From Candidatus Bathyarchaeota archaeon (lineage in GTDB: Archaea > Thermoproteota > Bathyarchaeia > Bathyarchaeales > Bathycorpusculaceae), in contig CAVZJV010000014.1 of NCBI GenBank assembly GCA_963775685.1, positions 1,440,001 to 1,504,000 of the forward strand: a DNA stretch of 64,000 nucleotides. Direction: 5' to 3'. Shown here one piece after another: positions 30,197 to 40,015 of this stretch. The position numbers and the translations under genes are program-made. Under the pieces are notes generated by a model, which saw nothing but the letters and a program-made list of their open reading frames with translations, was not told the DNA's origin and did not search any database. How positions within the stretch are numbered: position 1 is the stretch's first letter; every line of letters starts with the position of its first letter.

Positions 30197-30682
30197 GTGG
30201 AGTTAAGAACAGTAAAAATTGACCCGCCTAAAGACTGTAACACCATAGTTGGCATGTCGCATTTCATAAAAACCGCCGAAGACCTCTACGAAGCTCTGGT
30301 GAATTCTGTTCCAAACATCCAATTCGGTTTGGGCTTCTGTGAAAGCTCAGGACTTTGTCTTGTCCGCCATGAAGGAAACGATCCGGAACTGAGACGACTG
30401 GCAGCGGAGAAAGCCTTTGAAATCGGCTGCGGCCACAGCTTTCTGATCTTCGTAAAGAACGCTTATCCACTTAACGTTTTGGATAAAATAAAGAAAGTAC
30501 CTGAAGTATGCACTGTTTACGCTGCTACTGCTAATCCGCTTGAAGTAGTAATCGCTGAGACCGAGCAGGGCAGAGGCATAATCGGCGTTGTAGATGGGTT
30601 AAAGAGCAAAGGAATAGAAACCGAAGAGGAACTCGTTAAGCGCAGAGGGTTTCTGCGGAAAATAGGTTACAAACTGGGGTAA
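30197..30682 (+). CDS. adenosine-specific kinase/DUF355 family protein
   Basis: G.SHFIKTAEDLYE, FCESSG, ATANP, GRGIIGVVDG, IGYK. Confidence 0.9.
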   Translation: MELRTVKIDPPKDCNTIVGMSHFIKTAEDLYEALVNSVPNIQFGLGFCESSGLCLVRHEGNDPELRRLAAEKAFEIGCGHSFLIFVKNAYPLNVLDKIKKVPEVCTVYAATANPLEVVIAETEQGRGIIGVVDGLKSKGIETEEELVKRRGFLRKIGYKLG

Positions 30683-30743
30683 AGGCGTTATTTTTCCCAA
30701 GACAGAACTGTATGAAACAAGGATTCAGATATGTTTCCACCCG

Positions 30744-31385
30744 TCAACACCAAAGCAACCGTTTGCCGACAAATAATTCCTTATTTTCTAAAAGCAACGC
30801 AACGGACGCGGCTCCTGAACACTCTACAACCTGCTTTTCATTTTCCCAAAGCAAATAAATCGCATGCCGGATCGATACTTCCCTAATTGGGATTACTTCA
30901 TCAACATATTGCTGAACTAACATGAAAGTTATCGAACCTTTCTCTACGCCTCCTGAAAGCCCCTCCGCAACGGTTGTTGGTTCATGCCTGTGTGGCTTAA
31001 TGATTTGACCTGACTTTAAGGATTCAAACATTATGGGTACCGCCGCGGACTAAACTCCAAAAACTTTCACGGTTGGCTTAAGGCTGGAAACAACAATTTT
31101 AACTTTAAAAGCCAGCACTTTTGCCCCAAAAGCCTCCGCTTTCCTTGGTTGCCATCAGAAGCTGTCACGACACTCTGACTTTCTCCTCAGAGGTCAAGTT
31201 AAGTAGCTTGTTTAGGACTCCTCGCACCTTGAATGAGTGGGTTACTTGCAGATTTTCGAGTTTTAAGTACACTTTGGCGCTAAATAGTTCGCTAAGAATT
31301 TTGAGCTAATAAGAGGTGTGGTTTTTGTCCATGTCGCTATGGTTTTTTGTGCTGATTCTATGTCCTGAAGTGTGACTATGGTGTC
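30744..31385 (-). pseudogene. threonine/serine dehydratase (IlvA/TdcB-like) remnant
   Basis: fragments [29 protein letters not shown] and TVAEGL lie in different frames, with an in-frame stop and a large internal deletion. Confidence 0.8.
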
Positions 31386-31481
31386 GCTTGAAAAATCGAT
31401 TGCTTACTTGCCAAGGATATTACCGTAACCTATTTAGTTTACTTAGGAATCAAACCTTAACAGATTAAGCGATGTGTTTTT

Positions 31482-32336
31482 ATGGCTTATGAAAGGAACA
31501 TGGCTCAAATTCAAGCTTATAAGCAGCAAGCTTCCCAGGAACAGCAGAAACTCAAAGACGCGATGGGCAAGATTAAACATAAAATCGCCATCATAAGCGG
31601 CAAAGGCGGAGTAGGAAAAAGCACCGTCACCGTGAATCTTGCTACAGCTTTTGCAATGCAGGGCAATCGCGTCGGAGTTTTAGATGCAGACATTCATGGA
31701 CCAAGCGTTCCTAGACTTCTGGGTTTGGAGGGACAAAAAGCTAAGACCAGCGCGACAGCTGTTTTCCCTGTTGACGGACCTTTAGGCATGAAAGTTATGT
31801 CTATTGATTTTTTCTTGCCGGAACAGGCGCCCACGATTTGGCGTGGACCACTAAAGATGCGTGCAATCCGCCAGTTCCTCGCCGACGTTAATTGGGGCGA
31901 GCTTGATTTTCTTTTCATAGACCTTCCGCCTGGAACCGGCGATGAACCTTTAAGCATAGCACAGCTTCTTCCAGACATCGACGGCGTAGTAATCGTAACC
32001 ATGCCCTCTGAACTATCCAGCAGTATAGTAAAAAAAGCAGTCACTTTCGCTGAAAGACTAAACATGCCTATTATCGGCGTTGTGGAAAACATGAGTGGGT
32101 TTGTCTGTCCACATTGTAACGAGAAAATCGAAATTTTCCAGTCAGGCGGCGGCAAAAAGATGGCTCAAGAAATGGATGTAGTATTTTTGGGTAGCATTCC
32201 TATTGACCCTAAAGTGGGTGTGGATTCGGACAGAGGAACGCCTTTTATTTTGTCGCACAAGGATTCGGTTGCAGCTAAAGCTTTTATGGAATTTGTAAAA
32301 AACGTCGAAGAATTTCTGAAAAAGAAACAAAAGTAA
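31482..32336 (+). CDS. apbC: Mrp/NBP35 Fe-S cluster carrier ATPase
   Basis: SGKGGVGKST, DADIHGPS, WRGP, DLPPGTGD, ENMSGFVCPHC. Confidence 0.95.
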   Translation: MAYERNMAQIQAYKQQASQEQQKLKDAMGKIKHKIAIISGKGGVGKSTVTVNLATAFAMQGNRVGVLDADIHGPSVPRLLGLEGQKAKTSATAVFPVDGPLGMKVMSIDFFLPEQAPTIWRGPLKMRAIRQFLADVNWGELDFLFIDLPPGTGDEPLSIAQLLPDIDGVVIVTMPSELSSSIVKKAVTFAERLNMPIIGVVENMSGFVCPHCNEKIEIFQSGGGKKMAQEMDVVFLGSIPIDPKVGVDSDRGTPFILSHKDSVAAKAFMEFVKNVEEFLKKKQK

Positions 32337-32383
32337 AAAGATTGGAGAGCTTAAAACTCCCAGTTTCAATTTTTTCCGTAGAT

Positions 32384-32680
32384 CTACTCTTTTGTAAGAG
32401 TAATTTCTATGGTTGAAACCATTCTGGACCTATTTTCGCCTTCTCTTGGTGGCATCTCTGCAGTACCGATTGCGATCTTTGTCACTTTGAGGTCTTTTAT
32501 GAAGCGGCTTCTTGTGATTTCTGCAACGTCAACTGCTGTGGTGATTGCTTGTCCTCTGGCTTTTAGCGTAATCTCTTTGTTTACGCCTGAAGAGAACGCG
32601 GTTATGATGGCGAGTACATAGCTCATTGGTGGTTTGTTTCCGACGAAAATTACGTCGTTAGCTTTTTCTGTCATATTCAT
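32384..32680 (-). CDS. albA: DNA/RNA-binding protein Alba
   Basis: VGNKPPMSYVLA, LKARGQAI..AVDVAE, VSTIEI; start moved to ATG 32680 after AGGAG. Confidence 0.95.
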   Translation of the reverse strand: MNMTEKANDVIFVGNKPPMSYVLAIITAFSSGVNKEITLKARGQAITTAVDVAEITRSRFIKDLKVTKIAIGTAEMPPREGENRSRMVSTIEITLTKE

Positions 32681-32921
32681 ATCACTCCTTTTTTTAGTTA
32701 ATTTTGCGATGTAGTTCAATAGTAACAAAAAACTTCCTAATAAACCAAATTCATCAGCAGATAACCTGACGATTGATAACTTAAAAAAGACAATGCATTC
32801 TGCGCTTAATCTTTACCCTTCCGCAAGTAAATTCCCAGATAACTTATTGATCCACATGAAAAAACGCTATAGATTTATACCTCAAACTTGAAGGGAAGAG
32901 TGAAAACAGGAGAATTATTTC

Positions 32922-33692
32922 ATGTCTGTTTCGCCTGGCTTAAGAGAAGTTTTAGCTAGAAGAATCGCTGGAGAAATAATTCTTTCAAACAAACCAGGCT
33001 CAACAATGAGAAAGTGGCGTGAACTCTTCGCTGTTTCCCAAATCAACCTCTCCGAAGCCATGGGGCTCTCATCCTCGGTCATAAGCGACTATGAAAGCGG
33101 CAGAAGAAAAAGTCCAGGCGCCAAATTCATCCGCAGATTCGTGCTCTCACTTCTGCATATTGATGAGGACAAAGGGAGCCGATTCATCCGTGAATTCGCT
33201 AAACTAACCAGTTCACCTAGCATGGCGATTGTAGACCTCCGCGAGTTCCCCATACCCGTCAGGGTTGAGTACTTGTGCAAGGCTATAAGTGGCGAAGTAG
33301 TGGCTTGCAAAGAAAAATATATAAAAGAAGTCAATGGCTACACCGTCATCGACAGCAAAAAAGCAGTTGAAGCATACTCGGGCTCTGAGTATGGCCAGCT
33401 TTTTGGTGCCTCAACCGAGCGGGCCCTAATATTTACGAATGTTGAGGTAGGATGTTTACCCATGATGATTGTGCGTGTCAGCAATCTTAAACCACGCATT
33501 GTTGTTTTCCACAAAACCGTACCCGACGAGGAAACTATCAGGATAGCTGAATATGAGCAGATACCGCTGATTTACTCCACCTCGCCAAGTCTTGAGCAAC
33601 TGGTTAAGTCGCTACGTAAACTCTATCGCATAGCGTTGCGTGTGAAACTTGGCAGACGACGCGTCCGTCCGCCACCAAAAATAAGTGCCTAA
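32922..33692 (+). CDS. archaeal HTH (Cro/XRE) transcriptional regulator
   Basis: IAGEII.S..PG..MRKWRELF, SVISDYESGRRKSPG, RALIFTNV. Confidence 0.85.
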   Translation: MSVSPGLREVLARRIAGEIILSNKPGSTMRKWRELFAVSQINLSEAMGLSSSVISDYESGRRKSPGAKFIRRFVLSLLHIDEDKGSRFIREFAKLTSSPSMAIVDLREFPIPVRVEYLCKAISGEVVACKEKYIKEVNGYTVIDSKKAVEAYSGSEYGQLFGASTERALIFTNVEVGCLPMMIVRVSNLKPRIVVFHKTVPDEETIRIAEYEQIPLIYSTSPSLEQLVKSLRKLYRIALRVKLGRRRVRPPPKISA

Positions 33693-33720
33693 AAAACTAA
33701 ACCCTTGTTTAATTATCTAA

Positions 33721-34989
33721 TTATCCTTGGATTTTGAACCTAAGAATCGCTGCAATACCACCGAAAGCATTTTTTAACATTTGCCCCTCTTCGGTTTCAC
33801 CTGAGATGATTTCGACTTCAGTGTTTGAGAGCTCGGCCAGTTCCGCCAAATCATCAACAACATCTTTCTTGTCAACTATAGTCATCGAGGGTGCTTTGCA
33901 TCCAGCGCAAGGTTTCCCAATTAAGCCCTTTTCAAAATTAGCAATTTCTTTGCCTTTAACGGTGTGTTGTTCCTCGAAGCCGCATGCACTGCACTTAACC
34001 GTTACGCTAATCAAATCAAGGTCCTCCGACATCAAAACTGTCCGCACTGCACCATTCTGTAGCAGTCGCCTCACTTCAGCTTCACCGTAAGTTATCATTC
34101 CTGTGTCGTGGCCGACTTCATAGAGGAATTTTTGCATGACTTCTTTTTCTTCGATGTAGCGAACTTTACGCATGATTTCAGGCGCTTTATCCACCACTTC
34201 CTTAACTCCTTGCTCCTCAACGTAAGCGGTATCTACGGTTTCGATGATCTTGTTTTTTAGTTGGTAGTTGAGGTATTCGCCTTTCTCAAAATCATATTTT
34301 GTTGGTCCAGGACCACCCAATATTATGCCTTTGAGGGTGTCGATTGGCAGGAATATGTCGTTAGCATGTGCTCCCACCCTCGTGAAGTACTCGTTGAGCT
34401 GCATGTCCCTAAGTCGCTCATAACGTCTCGCTGATTGTCCACCAGCACGGGTCTTTCCCGCAACACCTGAATGCATCGACCGAACAATCTGCAAGCGTTT
34501 CCCCTGCAACGTCGCAATCGTAGCATTGGAAGCATCCACAAGCAAAATACCGTAGGTTTCTTTTTCCCGCAGCATTTCTTGCAAGTGCTCAGCGTGGAAG
34601 CGTGAATCACACCGATAAAGAAAAATCTTTATTGGTTCAGGCGGAACGATGACGTAGGCTTCCATCCGTTCAGTTCCCGGAGCTGCACCTTCGGGCAACA
34701 GCGCGCCTGTAAAAATCACTATGCCTTTTTCTCCGGGGTCTTTAAAGAGCTTGAGTTTCTGCTGCGCCTTAACGATAGCATCAAGCACGTTTTTGCGGGT
34801 TACGTTGGATTTGATGTTGCTGGCGGTTCCGTATTCGTTGCGCAGAAGGCTAAGGGCCTCGCTGATTTGTTTGCCAGGCGGAACGTAGACTGTGATGAGT
34901 TCGGTGTGGCTACCCTCTTTGTTCGCTAGGGCATTGAGGGTTTTTCTTAGCCTGAATAGTTCAAGAGACGACTTTTTTGCAGTGCTCAA
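33721..34989 (-). CDS. prf1: peptide chain release factor aRF1
   Basis: ASNIKS, YRCDSRF, GGQSARR, FGGIAAILRF. Confidence 0.97.
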   Translation of the reverse strand: MSTAKKSSLELFRLRKTLNALANKEGSHTELITVYVPPGKQISEALSLLRNEYGTASNIKSNVTRKNVLDAIVKAQQKLKLFKDPGEKGIVIFTGALLPEGAAPGTERMEAYVIVPPEPIKIFLYRCDSRFHAEHLQEMLREKETYGILLVDASNATIATLQGKRLQIVRSMHSGVAGKTRAGGQSARRYERLRDMQLNEYFTRVGAHANDIFLPIDTLKGIILGGPGPTKYDFEKGEYLNYQLKNKIIETVDTAYVEEQGVKEVVDKAPEIMRKVRYIEEKEVMQKFLYEVGHDTGMITYGEAEVRRLLQNGAVRTVLMSEDLDLISVTVKCSACGFEEQHTVKGKEIANFEKGLIGKPCAGCKAPSMTIVDKKDVVDDLAELAELSNTEVEIISGETEEGQMLKNAFGGIAAILRFKIQG

Positions 34990-35071
34990 ATATACTTCAC
35001 TAAACTTGCGTTAATCCGCATAACTTACCTTATAAGCAATCAAATAAAAGTTCCGACTAAAAATCGGAAGG

Positions 35072-36085
35072 TTAAGCTTTTGCCTTAGCTGGCGAAGCCA
35101 AAGTTGCTTCAGGTGCTGGAGCGCCTATGGCGTCTCTAAGGTAAGCCTTGAATGGACCAAGCTTTCCACCGTAGTTACCTGATGAAATTTTTGCTACACC
35201 TGGCACGGCGATAGCCGCGGTTACACCTAGTTTGAGGGCTTTTTTAATGGCATCAAGCGATAGACCGTTTACTACAATTTCATAAACGCAAGTCACGCCT
35301 TCTGGAACAACTGAATCGGGCACTAGCGTGCGCAAGGTTGGACAGTATGGGTGGTTGGTTGACGCTTTTAGTTTGTATTTAAGCGAACCTGCTTTGCTTC
35401 CTGCACGGCAAATTCCTCCTGGGAAAATCATGATTACATCAGAAGCGCCTGTTCGGATTGCTTCGGCCGCTGCTTCGCTTGCTTTCAGTCCAGCTTCTTG
35501 GGTTTCAGCAAATATCATAAAGTTGCCGCCTGCGATTGCTTCCATGGCGCCAAAGCCATCTTCAACAATAAAGTTTCCTTCCATGACGGGGATTTTCCAG
35601 CATTTTCTTCCGCCAACCATAGCTTTTTTCTGGAATCCGTCTCCGAAGTATCGTAAACTACTGCCTACATTAAGGGTACGTTTGCCTGTTAAGCCGTTAA
35701 AAGCTGCGGTTGTTGGACAAGTTAGCGTGCATTGACCTATGCGTTCCATGAGTTGATGTTTGAGTTCGAAACGGTCTCGATTGTAAATTTGAATAAGGAC
35801 TCCGGGGCGTTTGTCTGGTGTTTGGTCTGCTGGAACTGGACCTTCGATGGATGCTTCGGCTGAAGCTGCAATTACACTCGTGGCAAAACCTGTGGTTAAG
35901 CTGGCGGCGATTTGCGCCCATTTCTCGTTTTGAGCGGTAATTAAAACTCTTCCTGCCCATAATGCGAACATTTCTGCAAAGGTGTCTTGTACCTTCACGA
36001 TGTTGCCGGAAGATCCTCTTACGAGGAACATTTTTTCGTTTTCGTCGTAGCCTTCGATTTTAAGCTGGTTAGTGTTTGATGACAT
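35072..36085 (-). CDS. ftr: formylmethanofuran:tetrahydromethanopterin formyltransferase
   Basis: DTFAEMF, TGFATSVI, TPD.RPG, RIGQC.LTCPT, YFGDGFQ, GNYGGKLG. Confidence 0.93.
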   Translation of the reverse strand: MSSNTNQLKIEGYDENEKMFLVRGSSGNIVKVQDTFAEMFALWAGRVLITAQNEKWAQIAASLTTGFATSVIAASAEASIEGPVPADQTPDKRPGVLIQIYNRDRFELKHQLMERIGQCTLTCPTTAAFNGLTGKRTLNVGSSLRYFGDGFQKKAMVGGRKCWKIPVMEGNFIVEDGFGAMEAIAGGNFMIFAETQEAGLKASEAAAEAIRTGASDVIMIFPGGICRAGSKAGSLKYKLKASTNHPYCPTLRTLVPDSVVPEGVTCVYEIVVNGLSLDAIKKALKLGVTAAIAVPGVAKISSGNYGGKLGPFKAYLRDAIGAPAPEATLASPAKAKA

Positions 36086-36240
36086 GAAGGAGACCTTGCA
36101 GTTCAGTTGGGAATTGTATAATTTAAGAGTTTTCATGGTTTTTGCAGTTTCAACTTGCTGATTTTTAGATTATTTCAGCTCGTCTATTTTGGCTAAAACA
36201 GCAAAACGCAGATGTAAAACCACAAATAGCAAATGGGAAA

Positions 36241-36615
36241 TCAGGTAATATTGTCTGAGGAAGGCGGTTTAATCAAAGTTGATTTATCTGTTGTCGCCAA
36301 CTCGAAGGAAGTTGAGTTTTTTATGGCTTTTTTTGGGCAGGTGTCAGCGCATTGATAGCAGAAAACACATTTGGAAAGGTTGATTTGTGGCCGCTTCTTC
36401 TTTCCGTCAACCTCAACCATATCTATAGCTTTAGCAGGACAATCTCTGCTGCATAAACCGCATCCAATGCACAAATCAAAATCAAAAACTGGTTGACCGC
36501 GGAAATTATCCGATAATTGAGGCTTTACAGAGGGATACTTGGTTGTCGCTGGTTTGGTAAAGACTTGCTCTACCGCTTTTTTAGCAATTTGAGGAATACG
36601 CAGTTTTCTTCCCAA
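36241..36615 (-). CDS. 2x[4Fe-4S] NuoI/EchF-like subunit
   Basis: KPATTKYP...FRG; CIGCGLCSRDCP, CVFCYQCADTCP. Confidence 0.85.
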   Translation of the reverse strand: MGRKLRIPQIAKKAVEQVFTKPATTKYPSVKPQLSDNFRGQPVFDFDLCIGCGLCSRDCPAKAIDMVEVDGKKKRPQINLSKCVFCYQCADTCPKKAIKNSTSFELATTDKSTLIKPPSSDNIT

Positions 36616-36805
36616 TTATAAAAACTCCAAATGTTAAAGTTCAATAGCAATTTTTGCAGTGCTATAAAATAGGTTTCGGGATTTTTATTTATTACTGATG
36701 TAATTTCTTTGAAAACCAAAAGTCCAAGAAAAAATACTGTTGTAGTTGCTAAACAATCACGTATGCTTAATTGCTACTCAACTAATCAATGTCTTGTGAG
36801 GTAAT

Positions 36806-37030
36806 ATGCCTATTAATGAGAAGATAGGAATTATCCGATTTTGCGAAACACCAAAAGATAAGAGCAGAATCAAAAGCAGATTAGGTTTAAATGATGTACA
36901 AGCCGAATCCTATTTGACAATTCTCACAAGGCAATGCATGCTTACGCAAAACAACAACAAATATGTCGTCACTGCGAAGGGACAAAGCTACATTTTTACC
37001 TCGGACAGAATTAGAAAAATCAAAGCCTAA
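36806..37030 (+). CDS. small winged-helix protein
   Basis: YL..L....ML......YVVTAKG wHTH pattern. Confidence 0.65.
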   Translation: MPINEKIGIIRFCETPKDKSRIKSRLGLNDVQAESYLTILTRQCMLTQNNNKYVVTAKGQSYIFTSDRIRKIKA

Positions 37031-37185
37031 TTTATAGCGGAATCAAATTTTTATCCTAATCCGCCAGTTAGGGCACAGATGGAGTTCAGGCAACAGTTTT
37101 ATTGTGAAAGAAAAATTGCTTTTGCTTCATTTGGGGTAAACTCTTTATCAACTTGTCGCACCAATATAACTCTGAAGGTTAAGCA

Positions 37186-38010
37186 ATGAAAAACCCAACC
37201 GACTGGCAACAAATACTCCTCGAATGCAAAAACAGCATACAAAAAAGCATCAAACCATGTCTCAAAACCCTAAAGGAGCCACAGCCTAACTTGGGCATGG
37301 GAGCTGGCGGAGATGTCATGAAACCTGTGGATTTAGCGGCTGAAACTGCAATAGTAGAAACCCTTCAGCGGAACAGTGTTTCATTTACGCTCATTAGCGA
37401 GGAATCAGGCATCAAAAAGTTCGGCATTCACCCTGAAGAGTGCTATGTTACGGTTGACCCCATAGATGGAACAACCAATTTAATTCATGGGTTACCATTT
37501 TATGCTTCCTCAATTGCCATTTCAAACAAACCTGAATTAGCCGATGTTTACGCAGGCATGGTTGTCGACCTTGCTCATGAGGTAACGTACACAGCGTTTA
37601 AAGGTGAAGGCGCATATCGAGATGGCGAAAAAATGGAAACAGCAAAAACCACGTCGTTAGATACTGCACTTGTGGGCTTAGATTTAAACACTTACAAAAC
37701 CAAAAAAGTAGTCCCAAAAGTTACTTCATTAATCGTAAGCACTAAGCACAATCGGCATTTTGGAGCTAATGCACTTGAGATCTGTTACGTTGCTAACGGC
37801 TTGACAGATGCCTTCATCGACTTGCGGGAAAAAATCCGAACCACTGACGTCGCCGCTGGATTCCTTATCGTAAAAGAGGCAGGTGGAATAGTAACCACTT
37901 CCGACAATCAAACTTTGAACGTCAAGTTGGATCCCCAGCAAAAGCTAAGTTTTATTGCCTCAGCGAATTCTGAGATTCACCAGAAAATCGTAAACTTGGT
38001 TAATATTTAA
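37186..38010 (+). CDS. suhB: inositol monophosphatase/fructose-1,6-bisphosphatase
   Basis: ISEESG, VDPIDGTTN, DVAAG.LIVKEAGG. Confidence 0.92.
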   Translation: MKNPTDWQQILLECKNSIQKSIKPCLKTLKEPQPNLGMGAGGDVMKPVDLAAETAIVETLQRNSVSFTLISEESGIKKFGIHPEECYVTVDPIDGTTNLIHGLPFYASSIAISNKPELADVYAGMVVDLAHEVTYTAFKGEGAYRDGEKMETAKTTSLDTALVGLDLNTYKTKKVVPKVTSLIVSTKHNRHFGANALEICYVANGLTDAFIDLREKIRTTDVAAGFLIVKEAGGIVTTSDNQTLNVKLDPQQKLSFIASANSEIHQKIVNLVNI

Positions 38011-38852
38011 TGTTAAATTTGCTTTTACCGCATCCTGCAGCGCTCATAAAAACAGGTAAAACAAAAACGCTTCTTATCGCCGACCCTCATATAGGCTGGG
38101 AAATGGAGCTTCAAAAAAAAGGCATCCATGTGCCCAGCCAAACATACAAAATACTAAACAAGCTAAGGGCTATAATTGCCGAATCTAAGCCTGACAAATT
38201 AGTTATTTTGGGCGATGTTAAGTTCACAGTTGTTTCCCACCAATTTGGCGAATGGCAGGACATCCCTGCTTTTTTTAAGAACCTCGAAGGCAAAATTGGC
38301 AGTATATCTATTGTTCGAGGAAATCACGATGCGAGTCTAGAGCCGTTGCTACCAGAAAACGTTGAGCTTTTACCTGCGACGGGAGTAGTTATTGGTGATG
38401 TTGGGGTTTTTCATGGACACAAATGGCCTTCACCAGCACTGTTGGGATGTAAGACATTAGTTATGGGTCATCTGCACCCCATGGTGGTTTTCCGCGATCC
38501 AGCAGGCTTTAAGATGACTAGGCAAGTGTGGATGAAAGCGAAATGCAACACCGAAGCTTTAGCAAAAGTCCTGTTGCTGAAGAGCAGAATAAAAACCGAT
38601 AGTTCGGCAGCTGAAATCTTGCAGAAACACTTTAATGTCAAGCTGAAGGCATCGGAACTTTTCATTATGCCCAGTTTCAATGATTTTCTCGGTGGCAGGC
38701 CTATAAACGAAACTGGACCCCGAAAAGATATGGGGAGCGAAACGTTGATTGGCCCTGTGTTGCGTTCGGAAGCAGTCGATGTAGGTGGAGCTGAGCTTTA
38801 CCTTTTAGATGGCACTTACCTTGGAACACTAAACCAGCTTAGGCGATTGTGA
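38010..38852 (+). CDS. metallophosphoesterase
   Basis: ADPHIG, LGDVK, RGNHD, HGH, GHLHP. Confidence 0.9.
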   Translation: MLNLLLPHPAALIKTGKTKTLLIADPHIGWEMELQKKGIHVPSQTYKILNKLRAIIAESKPDKLVILGDVKFTVVSHQFGEWQDIPAFFKNLEGKIGSISIVRGNHDASLEPLLPENVELLPATGVVIGDVGVFHGHKWPSPALLGCKTLVMGHLHPMVVFRDPAGFKMTRQVWMKAKCNTEALAKVLLLKSRIKTDSSAAEILQKHFNVKLKASELFIMPSFNDFLGGRPINETGPRKDMGSETLIGPVLRSEAVDVGGAELYLLDGTYLGTLNQLRRL

Positions 38853-38928
38853 TTAGTTAGGGTTTGTTACGCTAATTTTATATTTGCCACATGTTATAAG
38901 CATGATATAGTTGAGGAGGATAAACAAA

Positions 38929-39081
38929 TTGAAATTAGTAACCGTCTTATTACCAGAAGCTTACCTGGAAGGTTTAGATGAATTAGTCCGAGCAAACATG
39001 TACCCAAGCCGAAGCAGCGTAATTCGGTCTTCGGTTCGAGATCTGCTCAAAAAAGAGCTTTGGGAAAACAAACGCAGATAA
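38929..39081 (+). CDS. conserved RHH regulator, CdrS/aCcr1-like
   Basis: 50 aa MKLVTVLLPEAYLEGLDELVRANMYPSRSSVIRSSVRDLLKKELW...; GAGGAGG RBS, TTG start; not in the ORF track. Confidence 0.85.
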   Translation: MKLVTVLLPEAYLEGLDELVRANMYPSRSSVIRSSVRDLLKKELWENKRR

Positions 39082-39089
39082 AACTGCGG

Positions 39090-39857
39090 CTAAATTCCTT
39101 TTATCGAATCACAAAGTGCACGTGCAGCTTGGGCTGGGTTGTCCGAGTTAGTTATTTCTCTTCCAACGATAAGGTAACTGGCCCCCGCTTTAACTGCAGT
39201 TTCTGCAGCACCGCCTTGAGCACCCACACCAGGCGAGTAAATAGCCACTTCGTCTTTTAGAATCTGCTTTATTTCAACAATCTTTGCTGGAACCGTCGCT
39301 CCAACCACGACCCCGTCAGCACCCCACTTCAAAGCTTTCTTGGCAAACGAAACATATTGTGGAGTTTGTTCGCCTGTTTCTGGGTCGATTACTATTTGGC
39401 CATATCCTTCATTTGCGCCTTTATGGCTCATATAGGTAAGCAGTATTATACCTCGATGGAGCCGTTTTGATGCATCAAAGAGAGGTTTTAGACCTTCTTT
39501 CCAACCAACAAATGGGTTGGCGATTATAGCGTCAAAACCTGCCGCAAAATAGTACTCACCGATTATCTGGTTAGTGTTACCAATGTCGTTAACTTTAGCA
39601 TCCATGATCGCGAGCATTCCTTGACCACGAATCTGCTCAACAAGCGACTGCACGCCATCAAAGGTGCCGAGAGGAAGAGTCAAATGATGATTAATCTTTA
39701 CTGCGCAAACGTAGGGGTGAACCGCTTTGAGGACTTTTTGTGCTTTAACCAAAATTTTGTCTCGATTATCTGCAGGTTCAAAGGGGAAATCTAACGCTAA
39801 AACAAGACGTGAATTCTTGCTTTTTGCTGATTCCTGCATTTTCTCTTTAAACGACAA
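39090..39857 (-). CDS. pyrF: orotidine-5'-phosphate decarboxylase
   Basis: LALD, DAKVNDIGNT, PGVGAQGG, IVGR. Confidence 0.95.
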   Translation of the reverse strand: MSFKEKMQESAKSKNSRLVLALDFPFEPADNRDKILVKAQKVLKAVHPYVCAVKINHHLTLPLGTFDGVQSLVEQIRGQGMLAIMDAKVNDIGNTNQIIGEYYFAAGFDAIIANPFVGWKEGLKPLFDASKRLHRGIILLTYMSHKGANEGYGQIVIDPETGEQTPQYVSFAKKALKWGADGVVVGATVPAKIVEIKQILKDEVAIYSPGVGAQGGAAETAVKAGASYLIVGREITNSDNPAQAARALCDSIKGI

Positions 39858-40015
39858 TAGCTATGCCTCTTGATGTATTTGTTTAACGCTTAACTATTTC
39901 ATTTTTTCCGTTAAAAAAGCAGTTAAACCTTCAAGTTGTATGCGAAACTTAAAATTTCCCTCTTTTCAATGTGGCTATATCAACATTTAATGAGCATTCA
40001 AAAGGGGATTGAAAA

